From Phoronis australis (lineage: Eukaryota > Animalia > Phoronida): a stretch of DNA of 64,000 bases. The notes beneath the pieces are model-generated. The model was not told the origin of the DNA, searched no databases, and saw nothing but the letters and a program-made list of their open reading frames with translations. The position numbers and the translations under genes are program-made. This document shows, piece after piece, positions 51,864-63,811 of this stretch. Numbering within the stretch: the first letter of the stretch is position 1; the number at the start of each line of letters is the position of its first letter. The stretch lies in the NCBI GenBank assembly GCA_002633005.1, contig NMRA01000011.1:629370-693369 (forward strand), read 5' to 3'.

Positions 51864-52907
51864 CAAAGAATCTCGAGCTGACAGTGTTTTCAGATCGTGG
51901 TTTAATGTTACAACTGTGGTGAGCAGCAGTGTTGTTCACTTGAAGAGTCATAACAGAATGCTCAAACTATGCAAACAAAGCACCAACTAATGTTATATGA
52001 AGTGCATACAATTGCCACAAAATATAACATGGAAGAAACTTGACCATTTCTACTAGCACAGTACCAGTACATGCATTTGAAAACAGAAAATGTCAATTTT
52101 TGAATGTTTTAATTAATCAAAGCGTATTTCCAAAAAGATCGCTACTTTTTAAACGTACAGCCATTTGCTTTAATAGTTTGTTGTTGTCATAAGCTTTGTT
52201 CAAGAAAAGCAGCTGGCAAAAATATGTCTTGCCAAAAAGATGAGGTTTTAAACTAGTTTGTTGGTGTTTCTTCACATTAGAACACAGTATGGTGGAACAA
52301 TGACATTTTTGACACTAGTTAACAAGATGGCCATTTTACTTCATCATTTGAAAACTTTATACAGTACAGCTGTCACTAATAAACACACAGTGAAATTCTG
52401 AACATTTTTGGCAATACCGTGAACATTTGAAAGATGAAAAAGTTACAATTTTGGCTATTAATTTTGTTTAAATTCGAGGGAACTTAACTGTACACTAAAC
52501 TTGAGTACGTAGCAAATACTTGTCTTGTGTTATGTTTTTCTCTGTAATGTAAAATCTGTAAAGTTAACCAATTCCCTCTGTTCATCAAAAACAAACAGAT
52601 CTAACCTACATCCAGTTTCAAAGAACCATTTATACCCCATCAGTAACCTAGTTTTTAGAAAACCATAAATAGCTAGCAGACTTCAAAACAACACACCATA
52701 CTTTCCAGGTACATGGACTTGAATTACACTGTGACCTGTGCTCACAACAAGCTCGTCTACAACTAAATCTACCGGTAACTGAAAAGGACCAAACTGATAA
52801 CAAATGGCTTACACCATGATAAGATATTTCAGAACAATTTGTGTTTACACTGTCACTTGTTCTGGACCAGCTTGATCCAAGAATACCTAGCATGTAACAT
52901 AGGTGAG

Positions 52908-53076
52908 CAGTGTCGAATTTAGGGGGGGGGCAAGGGGGCCATGGGCCCCACTAAAATTCTCCCAGATTCCATTTGGCAATTCGGGCGTGCCAATGTCTGA
53001 TGAGCAAAATCCTGGCTAATTCTCTCCCCTGCCCNCCCCCCCCCCCCCCCAACTCAAAATGCTGGATCCACCCCTG
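52908..53076. mobile_element. MITE 130 bp downstream of the SNX19-like stop codon (likely in the 3' UTR)
   Basis: cagtgtcgaatttagg ... ctggatccacccctg; flanks gtgag/atgag. Confidence 0.75.
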
Positions 53077-53207
53077 ATGAGGTATGAGTTTGACTACTAT
53101 ACTAATTATAACATAGATGACAAAGCAAGATTAAGAGTGATTCTGGGCTTCTGCGTAATCATGTCAGATGAGCTTTGGCCTAACACAACACCAGATTTAC
53201 AGCCACA

Positions 53208-53313
53208 TCACCTCCTTTTGTCTTTAAGTAATGCCAACTGGCCAAAGTTGGGCACCGTGATTTCAGGAAACAGTTCTTCTACCATCAAGTCCAGTAAACA
53301 GAAGATCAGGTGT
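53208..53313 (-). CDS. SNX19: SNX19-like terminal coding exon
   Basis: HLIFCLLDLMVEELFPEITVPNFGQLALLKDKRR-stop. Completes the conserved NRHL..CL.D.....FP motif; tttcAG acceptor. Confidence 0.9.
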
Positions 53314-53819
53314 CTGAAAAACACAGCAAGCATTGACTTCGTACCAACATAAGTACGGGAAAATATCACCAATTTCAGAAAAAAATAATTGTCCATTATT
53401 TCATTTTCCAGGGCTTTTAACATTTATTTGTATATGTACACAAATGTTGGGGTATGCTTGGGACAAAAATTGAATGTGAAAAATCATCAATAAGATGTAA
53501 CATATATTTCATAGATAAGAGCAAAGCAAAGCATTGAAATGCGCCCACGACTGCACTGCAAACGGGATGCTTTTTAGAGCTTTCATTGGTACTATAAAAA
53601 CAACCACTAGAGTGCCACAGCAGTCGCACCGGTCCTAAAAACAACATCAGTTGTGCTGCTGTCAGTGGGAAATGTCTACAATTTTCTTAATAATCGCTTG
53701 GCAGATAGTGAAGCTGACAATCAAAAACAGACTTGTAACTAATAAAAATGTCAGCTAGGTGGCACAAAATACATCAAATCTGCTCGAAAATAGAAAGGTG
53801 TTGCCAACTCTAAATAGAA

Positions 53820-54315
53820 GCCCATTTGCCACTACGGGGCGCCACAGTAGTCAGACCCATCCGAAAGTCAATGCCTCAAAAGGAACACATCTGCCAATTT
53901 CTGTTTAATGATCCTTGGACAATAGAGAAGTGGATGCCAAAAAACAGATTCATAATGAAAATGGTCACAAGGTGGCACAGATATGAAGAATCCATCCAAA
54001 GACGGGAATATATAGACATTTCCTTATTAGATACCAATTTGTGTATTTTCATGAAAATCTGTCCAGAGTCTCTAAGATACAGGTGCAAATACAAAAAAAT
54101 TAAATTGCCACTAGGGGGTACAACAGTAGTTGGATCCAGCTGAAATTCATCAAAATTTGTAGTCACATCCATTTCAAAAGATCCTGCAAAGGATCAGGGA
54201 GATACAGATACAAGTACAAGAAAACAAAATTGCCACTAGAGGGCGTCACAGCAGTCACGATCCCCAAAAAACAAACGTCAGCCGTGGCATTTGCAGCAGG
54301 AGCACGTCTGCTACT
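53820..54315. mobile_element. Non-autonomous element with internal subrepeats (Helentron/pearl-like, inferred)
   Basis: Three ttgccacta.gggg...acag.agt subrepeats at ~53826, 54105 and 54230. Confidence 0.45.
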
Positions 54316-54590
54316 TTTCATAATTATTGCTCAAGCAGTTTGGCAGCTAGCTGATTGGCACTGTGTTGTTTTTGGTGGGTTTAAGTGTCTTCAAAACATT
54401 TCGGGAAATTTTTGCAAACGCATTCCAGTGGTATATGGGTAAAATTGATTTGACATAAGTTACATGGAAGGTATTGCCTTTCATGAAAAAAACAGACAAA
54501 ATTCTGTGTAGAATTTTCACATTTTTAAACTATATTGTCTGTACAAAAATTAAAATCATGTGGAGTACTGGAAACTAAGGTAAAATGTAC

Positions 54591-54675
54591 CTGTTCAAGA
54601 GAGGAGACTCTAAAGAGTTCATCAACTGTTTGACAGCATTGTCAAAGTCACCTTCCAGAAGAATGGGTAAAATAT
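54591..54675 (-). CDS. SNX19: SNX19-like exon, Nexin_C domain
   Basis: 85 nt, DILPILLEGDFDNAVKQLMNSLESPLLNR. tttcAG acceptor and GTac donor; phase 1 to 2. Confidence 0.85.
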
Positions 54676-55149
54676 CTGAAAATCAAAGCATGTTATCAAT
54701 TATAAATACTATCTGATACTTAAGAATATAATAACTACCCATGTATCTTATAAACATTAGTTTTTAAACTGAAAATAAAATCAGAGTTTTCCTTCAATAA
54801 CATTCCCTGGTATGTAGTCGTGTAGCACAACACCATTCAAAGGTAAACACATAACACATCAATACCAATCATCACATGTGACAAGTTCATACTTAGTCGC
54901 TCATAAGCTCAAACCTTAATTACATAAGAGATTACTAGAGACGACCTGCATTTTAATAATGTATATCGCCAGTTGGCATACATGATTTGCCACGGAGCTT
55001 GGCCATATATAATTTACAGAAATTCTTCACTTATTTCAATAAAAAATCAATCAAGATCATTAAAATAAACTTAAAGGTTCCCCAGATGTTTTTTTAATTA
55101 TACCAAAGGAAGGATCAGTATGATTAATATATTTACAATCGGCAAGGCT

Positions 55150-55990
55150 TCAAATAGTAACACGTTAACAAAGTTTATAGGTGGTTAGTCTGAGTCCTTC
55201 CACTTCTTATATTTCATGGAATCAGAAATTTCACCAAGTATAGTGCTGACTTTCTTAAGATTAATATTGATAATCACTTTTGGAAAGATTTTTTGAAAGC
55301 GTAATCTCCTTCAGAGCTCAGTAAAAATTTGAGAATCAAATTCATATTGATTTTCTTTACCAAACATAATGAATGAGCAGTGACCTGGAGGCCAAGGGAA
55401 ACTGCAGTTTTTACAGGAACTGGTTTCACGAAGGCATATTATTTATTAAGGACCTGTTTTCTCCAGAGGGCAATATTTTGAGTTACTGATTTACCAGAGA
55501 TGTGTTTTAGGTATCAAAACTAACTTCATGGAATATAATAGTCTTGTTTCAGTAGTTGTTAAGCACAAACATAAATGAGGTATTGATGAGAATTTTGACT
55601 TCTTTTCTTGACTAAAACTAATTCAAGTTATAAACAATGACTCTTGCTCCTCTTGTGGACAGTCTGAACACTTTGAAGCACTTGTTTGGGACTGTGAAAC
55701 AATGAACTTATTTTTTGGACAAGTGTTAACAATGAAATTTGTATTCTTCATGTGTAGCCACTCCCCTGCAATAATGTTATCTTGTTTTTGATGAACAAGG
55801 AACTCTTAAAAACAACATTTTACTATTGGGTAAACAGTTTATTTATTGTAAGAAGTTTGTATGGAAAAGATTATTGCCCTTCAGTGCTTTTATAAAGTCC
55901 AACAAACAATACTATTTGAGTGAAAAGTATAGTGCTTACAAAACTTAGAAATTTTAGTAGCGATGGTGTAACTTTGAAACTATTTTTTAA
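55150..55990 (+). mobile_element. L1/Tx1-type LINE ORF2 3' remnant, antisense within an SNX19 intron
   Basis: FYRNWFHEGILFIKDLFSPEGNILSY, IKTNFMEYNSL, CSSCGQSE..LVWDC, ILLLGKQFIY. Confidence 0.75.
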
Positions 55991-56365
55991 GTAGCCTGCA
56001 GAATTAAATGTGCATGTGTGTACCATACGTGTGCGTTTGCGCGACTGTGTCTTTTTGTATATGTGGCTTTTTTCAATAAAGGTGCAAAGGAAAAAATTCT
56101 TTTATTTCCAACAAAAGTAGTTGAAAAAATTGCAGTTTTTGTATTCTTCAAAGGACAATAGTTTAACAGAAAATAATGGAAACTGCGCCAAATATTGATT
56201 TATGACATCTGTACATAATAAACTAATAATGGACTAAAATTTTGTAAATGTTTATTTTTTGAAAAAAAAAGAATTGCCACACTTTTGAAGCGCGAGTCGT
56301 AAAACAACTGGCATAGGGACATATTTTGCAAGAACACAGTATAGTTACTTTTTTAACTGTCTTAC

Positions 56366-56550
56366 CAGGGAAGAAGTTCTTCAGACAACTGAGTGCCTGC
56401 TGCTTAGTCATCTCCAACTGTTCTGTACTCTTGACTGTGTCATCACTAGTCATGAGGACACCTTTTGGCCAGATAACTAACCACAACTGAGACAAGTAGT
56501 AGGAGAATCGGTCACGACTTGTCAGCTCATCAATTTCTTTATGAAGCCAG
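56366..56550 (-). CDS. SNX19: SNX19-like exon, Nexin_C (PXC) domain
   Basis: 185 nt, WLHKEIDELTSRDRFSYYLSQLWLVIWPKGVL...KQQALSCLKNFFP, with the typical IWPxG motif of SNX13/14/19/25. ttccAG acceptor and GTaag donor; phase 2 to 1. Confidence 0.9.
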
Positions 56551-57494
56551 CTGGAAAAGGGATAAGACCAGTTGGACTAGCAAAATGGCCATACCTTATA
56601 AAGCAGAGATCAGCCATGTTCTTGGTTATCAGAGCCTTTTTTTTCTGGCAGGTTTGAAGATGATAATTCGAAATGAAGTAATAGATATAGATATTCTTTC
56701 CATGGTATTTCTTCATACAATGATTCACGTCAAAAGACATCGTTAAAATAGAAACAACAACGACACGGTTTTTTACATTTATAACTAAATAGTACATGAA
56801 TAGTACAGATTGTGATTCACAAGGTATAAACTCATATTTCAGAGTCAATAATTCTCCATTTTGACAGCTCACATCTTCACATTGACCGCTGCTACAGTAA
56901 CATGATTTTAATTCTTTTTAAAAACTGTGAAGTGATGGAAAATAATCTCATTGTGATTTGATCTCGGGATCATCTTGTTCATTAACCACTCATTACCAAT
57001 GAGCCACCAACACGTAATCAAATATTTTAAGCCTTTTTTACGTCATCCATATTCTGACGTCACTTTTGATTTTACATGACCGAAAAATGTAAACCAACAA
57101 GTGAATGCAATCCTGCCTCAAGGCATCATAGTTCCTTTCATCACACTATTACACAAAGTCAAAAATGTTCAGAAATTCAATACAGGTCACTTGCGCGGAC
57201 TTTAGCCCATGCACGCAGAGTGTGATGACACACATTTTGTGATTGTACTGATATAACGATGTGACGTTTATTGGTTGTTTTGCAATAAAACCATCATTGT
57301 ATGACCACAAAACATATCCTTCCCAAAATATAATTGATTGTTTCTTTGTCCTTTCCAAGCATCAGATGAAATCTTTCCACATTTTCAGTATAAAACTGGT
57401 AGCTGTCTTACCAGCCATGTAATTGACATATGATCAAGAGCTTAAACATGGCCTCCCTTCATGAATTACTTGACACATGTAATCAGATAATAAA

Positions 57495-57633
57495 AATTAT
57501 TGCCTTTCACCGGGGTCAATATGTAGGTTTTCATACCCCAAAAATGTGATAATGACTAAAGCAGAGCCAAGCTCACTATCACATTTTTAGTGTATGAAAA
57601 CTAATATACTGTCCTCAGTGAAAGTCAAGAATT
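57495..57633. mobile_element. Short palindromic (foldback) MITE in an SNX19 intron
   Basis: ttgcctttcac..gttttcatac..aaaaatgtgata pairs with tatcacattttt..gtatgaaaac..gtgaaagtcaa. Confidence 0.7.
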
Positions 57634-58028
57634 GCAATGCTACTGATTTTTCTTACAAAAAGTGAAGTTCAGTGTTATTCAACTAAGATGGCCATCTTCT
57701 TGGTGAACCATCAGAAACATAAAAAATTCAATATCAAATATTGGAGAGTGTAAAAAACAATTACATCATTATGTACTATATTTTACTCAGCATCTACAAA
57801 ATCATGAAACATTTGTTTCCTAAAGTATTGAATTTTTTGAAGCCAAAAATGCGTAGTTGTTTCTGGTCTGTCCCCAACTCATTTTTATACCTAATGAATG
57901 AATTTCAGCAAGGGTCAGCTATTCAGCAAATGTTCAAAGAAATGACATTACAATAATAACAACATTAATAATTATCAATAACTCAAGGTAACCTCAGTAT
58001 TACAAATGAACCATCCATGTGGACCTAC

Positions 58029-58179
58029 CATTCTAAAGCTTTACCACCAGCGATTTGAAAAACTTTCAAGATCTGATCCGTAATTAGGGGACTGGAGCCA
58101 TTGGCTGCTTGAGCTGCTAATTCCAATATGGCCGACGTCAAGGGAATATCATTATCAGGACAGAAGCGTGCACGACAAT
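58029..58179 (-). CDS. SNX19: SNX19-like internal exon
   Basis: 151 nt, DCRARFCPDNDIPLTSAILELAAQAANGSSPLITDQILKVFQIAGGKALE. ttgcAG acceptor and GTagg donor; phase 1 to 2. Confidence 0.85.
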
Positions 58180-58369
58180 CTGCAACACAAAGTGGTATAC
58201 ATACAAAATTAACAAGGGCAATGTGGAGAATTGAAATATGCCCACGACTGCTCCGCAAACAATAAGTTTCAAGGGCTGTATGTATCACAAAAATGGTCAT
58301 TAGATAGCACAGAATATGCCAAACACATCCGAAAACAGTAAGGTGTCGTTGTCTTCCAGCTAGATTTCA

Positions 58370-58710
58370 TAACAAGCGCAACACGGAGCGTTCACATGCA
58401 CCCACAGTATGCATCGCATATAGCGCAGATACAAGGAATAACTACTATTTTAAAGCATTCCTACTAAATGGAGCAATGCCCCTAGGGGGTATTAAAGGTA
58501 AAAAACTAAAACTGCAACTGCGAGCACATTAGTAATCGGATATGTCCGAAAATTCGCTCATGATGTCCCATCCATGAAAGAAACATATCTGCAAAACTCT
58601 CATGAAAATAAAACGAAGGGACTTGGAAATGTAGCAGTGGATGCCCCATGCCAGATGGACGGACAGATGACGTACGGACGGACAGGGATGACTGGACATA
58701 ATATGCCTAA
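58370..58710 (+). mobile_element. Pearl/DINE-1-like (Helentron-associated) element
   Basis: Starts aacaag and carries a degenerate (GGAC)n tract at ~58655-58685 near its 3' end. Confidence 0.5.
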
Positions 58711-59443
58711 GTATAAATATTGTGAGCTAGCTCATTCAGCCATCTACCTTGTCTCACACAAGACCGCTGCTCATTGACTCAATATTTTTCCAACTTTCTA
58801 TCCCGAGGGTTAGTGTATTTCCTTACTACACGCTTTCGTTAAGACCCTTCAGACACTTTCTTGTTACTTTTTTGTTGTTTCACCAATTACGATTGGCACT
58901 TCTATGTAAACACCTTAGGTGTTTTTTCATATGCTAATCTTGCACAGTCTTGTCTTCATTATTTTTTCTACATACATCAAAATAGATGACATTATTCAAC
59001 AGCCCTTATCTTGATTTACTCTGCAACATTGCTCGTTGCATACCCCAGGCAAAACAGATTACAATAAAAATAAATATTTGAGTGCATAAAAAGGCACAGA
59101 GATATTTACATCACTCTCAACATTTATTGAGCGTGTCTTTCAGCTAAACTGCCTTCCTCAGTGAGCTAATGTATATCTTATGGTCAGTGACCATTTTCAC
59201 TTAATTTTAACCACAAAATTCATTAACGAAAAGCCCATGATAAATAAATGCATTTAGTAAAATGCACAATATAATATACACAACATGAATTGTAATATTT
59301 CAAAGGCAGTCCTTCAGAAGTCACATAAAACTGTGCTCACTCATTGATTTTTTCAAGCTGTATCATTAAAGACTCACAGATAATAACTATTGTTTGTCCA
59401 CTATTTAACAGCAAAGACTAGATGATGTACAATGATAGCAAAC

Positions 59444-59597
59444 CTGTACTTTTAGTAGAACGAGGTTCCAAAGTGTTCTCTGAAATGTTTAAGTTTGGAT
59501 TGTCACTTCCATCCGCCTCCTGTCGAAGTCCTATGTCATTACATTTCACAGATGTCCCTGAAGAGGGGGTTAATGACTGCTCTTCAGCCATGGAGGG
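59444..59597 (-). CDS. SNX19: SNX19-like internal exon (low-complexity linker)
   Basis: 154 nt open frame PSMAEEQSLTPSSG...PRSTKST. ctttcAG acceptor and GTttg donor; supplies the phase 0 to phase 1 change the next exon needs. Confidence 0.7.
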
Positions 59598-59963
59598 CTG
59601 AAAGTGGGGACAATCAGATTAACAGAATTAACACCAGTTCTCAATGTAAGATCCCCCATCACCGCACATCCCTTGTTCCATAAAGAATGAATTCACTGCA
59701 CTTCTCAGCAAACGCCCTTTATTACAATGAATAACCTATTAACATAAACCAATACTGTACATATACCCCAAGACTTTGTGGGATAAAATCCCCATTGGGG
59801 CTAAAGACAGAATTATTGAGCTATTCCGACACCAGATGTCATGTATTACCACAACACATTTTATTATAAGTAGTTTTACAATTAGTACCACTATGGCTGT
59901 TACCATGAATGTGACAATAGTCCATAATGGTTTGTACTTTGTTCTGGTCCAGTTAATTGTTAC

Positions 59964-60140
59964 CTGGGTGAGAAAGCTAAAGCGCATATTGAGAGCGTCC
60001 TTGTCGTCAGTTTCCTCACGGGCATGTACTGCTTCTTGTTGTTGCTTCCTCTTGGTCCCTTGCGCATCATCCACGGCAGGAATTGTGGGTAACGCCGTCA
60101 CCAGTCGGTCTTTGACAACAGACATCTTCCTGGCAACAAA
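59964..60140 (-). CDS. SNX19: SNX19-like internal exon
   Basis: 177 nt, FVARKMSVVKDRLVTALP...RFSFLTQ. ctttcAG acceptor and GTaac donor; continues RIDK in phase 0. Confidence 0.85.
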
Positions 60141-60285
60141 CTGAAAGACAAGTTTCTCGTTAGATTTCATTAAACGATCAATTGTGTTCATGCTGTTTTA
60201 ATTCAACAGAGTAATGAAATGGTTTCACACCATGATGATGAGCAAGTGGACTTATTTCTAACACAAAACCAACAACTACATTCAA

Positions 60286-60373
60286 AATAATAATAATAAT
60301 AATAATAATAATGATGATGATGATGATGATAACAATAATAATAATAATGATAATAATAATAATAATAACAACA
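60286..60373. repeat. (AAT/GAT/AAC)n microsatellite
   Basis: Directly visible. Confidence 0.97.
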
Positions 60374-61229
60374 GCCTCAGTATAACCATATTAATTCAGG
60401 TAAACACCCACATGTTCGTCATACTGCCCACCTCCGAAATTTCGAAATTCCACTTTTGAACACCCATGCTCAGCTAACCTTTTGCCCCAATTTATGTAAT
60501 TTAGACTTCCTTGAAAGTGGCCGAGTCTCTGTGAAAACTTGTCTCAATCAGAATTTAGCACCCATAAAACACACAATTCACATTCCTTGGAGTAACAATT
60601 AGTCAGTTTTTGTGGAGTCTTCCCTTATTTGGCTGGTAAAATACCCATAACCCTCATGCTCTTTACTGAAGCAGACATGAAATAGTTCTTTCAGCTCATG
60701 CACCTTCCAATATTACCATACTCGTACGTGGAGGAAACAGCGCGTGACCACTAAGTTCATTAGGGCAGTAATAGTTGTATCAAAAAAATTTAAAGACATG
60801 CTACGATCACTTCATTCTAGACCGTAAGCCCCTAACTACATTGTCCACAATCTGCTGCTTTATTTTACTCTTGAAGTCCAAAGTCAGTGCAGCTCCCTAG
60901 GCATTAACTCAATCGTTTGTTCGGGTGATGGTGGTGGTGGGGGATGATGGGGGTGCNGGGTGATGGGGGTGGGAGCTGGGCGGGGTGGTTGTAATAAAAA
61001 TAATAATGGTAATAATAATAGTAATACCGACGATATTGTGATGAATATTCATACTGCAAACAATACAGGGTGCCACTTCAACATAAACCTTGGCTGCGGA
61101 CCTGTTCGTCCCTTATCCATCACATGACATAGCCTACTACCCACATAACATACACCACCAGCCATCTGACATACACAATCACTCACATGACATTCACTAT
61201 CAATCACATGACATTCACTGCACAGCCTG

Positions 61230-61294
61230 CTGGGCATGAGGGTGCAAGTCTCCCCTGACTCTAAGTCAGGGGAGACTTGCACCCTCATGCCCAG
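61230..61294. repeat. Perfect 65 bp hairpin (31 bp arms, 3 nt loop)
   Basis: ctgggcatgagggtgcaagtctcccctgact-cta-agtcaggggagacttgcaccctcatgcccag. Confidence 0.95.
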
Positions 61295-61939
61295 ATGTCT
61301 CACATGAGTACTCTCGGTATAATACATACTGCACCACCATCATCATCAATGTACCAACACTTGCGCTGTAATTAATGAGAGTTCGTCCATACTACACGGG
61401 TAGATTGTGTGTAGATGTATTAAACATCGCTAGTTTACGAGGGGAGCGGATAAACGTGATTACAGTACAGTTCCATGACAGTGAATGTATCACCTACACG
61501 GTCTCATTTGAAAACTAAAACAAGACACATGAAATTTTGGCCACTACTGTGTCAAACTAATTACAGAAATTCTTCACTTATTTCGGGATTGCCAAAATTT
61601 TCAGTTTTCAAAGACTGATAACCTTACTTCAAATACTGGAAACTTCACCAAAAGTTGTTTTATAACATCTACACAGCACAAACCATGCTAGTAATAGACT
61701 AAAATTTTCTTGATCTTTATTTTTTGGAGATATTTGACAAAACAAAATTTCACTTGTCGGCCATATTGTGTGCTAAATAAGAGAAAAATTAGATGTAAGA
61801 ACATTCGTATTTCAATACTCAAGCTAGTCATCTCATTCTTATTGACAGTTTGACCAAGAGACATACTAGTCTAGCCAGATCAAATGACAGGGTTTTCCTA
61901 CATTGGGAACATTTCTGATTAAAGAGAGAAAGGGGCTGA

Positions 61940-62106
61940 TACTTAACGAAAGCTCACGGGTTAATGCCATGGGTGCTTAAATTGGGGAAACCTTGGGCAG
62001 GAGAGTGGGCGATTACTCAAGAAGTGGGTGCTTAAAACCGAAAATTGACCAAAAGTCCGGATGGGCGATTACACGGGCATGGGCGTTGACCCGCGAGTTT
62101 ACAGTA
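61940..62106. mobile_element. Tc1/mariner-pogo-type MITE remnant
   Basis: Ends tttacagTA; imperfect TIR ctcacgggttaatgcc / ggcgttgacccgcgag; internal tgggcgattac and tgggtgcttaaa subrepeats. Confidence 0.55.
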
Positions 62107-62213
62107 TAACACTAAACCTTAATTTGTTGATTTCCTCTGACACTGCTTGATTACTAACTGCACATGAAAGATGAAAGCATTATTCAGTTAACACATTCTT
62201 TCATAGTGTGTCA

Positions 62214-62411
62214 AAAGTGCAAGAAGTTGTGTCTCCCAATAGGTGGTATTTCCCTAAAACAGTCAGTTGTCTTATCTAAAGTGCAAGAAGCTGTGTCTCC
62301 CAATAGGTGGTATTTCCCTAAAGCAGTCAGTTGTCTTATCTAAAGTGCAAGAAGCTGTGTTTCCCAATAGGTGGTATTTCCCTAAAGCAGTCAGTTGTCT
62401 CATCCAAAGTG
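62214..62411. repeat. 64 bp minisatellite x3
   Basis: Unit aaagtgcaagaagytgtgtytcccaataggtggtatttccctaaarcagtcagttgtctyatcy; contiguous. Confidence 0.97.
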
Positions 62412-63000
62412 TGAGGCCACACTTGCCCATGTAGAATCTCTGAGGAGTTTTCAAACCCACTCAGAACTTAAACATTGAAAACGTTAACACAGCATTATTT
62501 TGTTTCATAGATGTTAGTGGTCCATTCCAAGTTAATATCTGTATTATACTAAAACATGGCTAGAGTCAAAACATTGTACCAAAAAGGAACAAAGTTGACA
62601 GCCTGAGAAAGATCAGAGATTAAAGCATGAAGCTAATTAAAATGAGTGATAGATGTCAACCCTTTTTCCATTGTTAACACACTTATGAAGTTTCCTGAAA
62701 AAATTGTCATTGTTATCATTTTACAAATGCTCACTGTATTGCCAAAATGTACATGATTTCATCGTTTGTTGAGGACAACTGTACTGTATAAAATTTTCAA
62801 ATAATTAAGTAAAATCTGTCTTCTTGTAGAAAACATTGATCAAATAAAATTTTACTGTTCCGCCTACCACAATGCGATTATTATTTGGATGCTAAGAACA
62901 AGGAATCGTGCATAGTTTGGCTGTAGAATTATTTCTAATAAAGCTAACTTTTGCAAATCGTAACGACACTCATTCCTATTGGTCATAAAGCATTACATAC

Positions 63001-63218
63001 CTTATCAATCCTGGGTACATTTAATTCAGGAGCTTTTTTGACAAATGCGATGCGTGAGTCTCCTCCGTAGGCCAGGAACTCACGGAGATCATAGCTGCAG
63101 TTAATATCTTCATGCTCAATTAACTTTTCTAGGTAGTGTTGGAGGTCATGACGTCTCTTCTCCACATGAGCCGAGTCCAGTAGAGGTAAGGTGAACCACT
63201 TTGTGGGCCCTTTGACAC
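63001..63218 (-). CDS. SNX19: Sorting nexin 19-like, exon encoding the PX-domain C-terminal part
   Basis: Translates VKGPTKWFTLPLLDSAHVEKRRHDLQHYLEKLIEHEDINCSYDLREFLAYGGDSRIAFVKKAPELNVPRIDK, which resembles the SNX19 pattern VKGP...EFLA...RIAFVKK..RIDK as I recall it. Acceptor ttattcAG and donor GTatgt; phase 1 in, phase 0 out. Confidence 0.9.
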
Positions 63219-63811
63219 CTGAATAATGTGGTAACCACTTAATAGTGATGTCATCGTATAGAAACTGTAATTTTCTACTTAAACAGTGTAAGTCTATATT
63301 CACAGGACCATGTGATCATGAATCCAGATGGTCACATCTTGGGCTTAGAGGGGGTAACTTGCTCCAAAGTGGCTTAGAATTTTGCAGACACAGTATTATA
63401 CCAGTAATAATAAAAAATGATTCCAGGTGGTCTGATACACATTGTACGAGATGTTCACAGGCCNGATGTCAACCCTTTTCCATTCTTAACACACTTATGA
63501 AGTTTCCTGAAAAATTGTCATTGTTATCATTTTCCAAATGCTCACTGTATTGCCAAAACATACATGATGTCATTGTTTGTTGAGGACAACCGTACTGTTT
63601 AAAATTTTCAAATAATTAAGTACAGTCTGTCTTCTTGTAGAAAACATTGATCAAATAAAATTATACTGTTCCGCCTACCACAATGCAATTGTGATTTGGA
63701 TGCTAAGAACAAGGAATCGTGCATAGTTTGGCTGTAGAATTATTTCTAATAAAGCTAACTTTTGCAAATCGTAACGACACTCATTCCTATTGGTCATAAA
63801 GCATTACATAC

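Noticed and set aside
59776-60144. 122-aa plus-strand ORF
   Set aside because: It is an antisense shadow of an SNX19-like exon and intron.
62214-62411. 64 bp periodicity as CRISPR repeat plus spacer
   Set aside because: The whole unit is repeated nearly identically; it is an intronic minisatellite.
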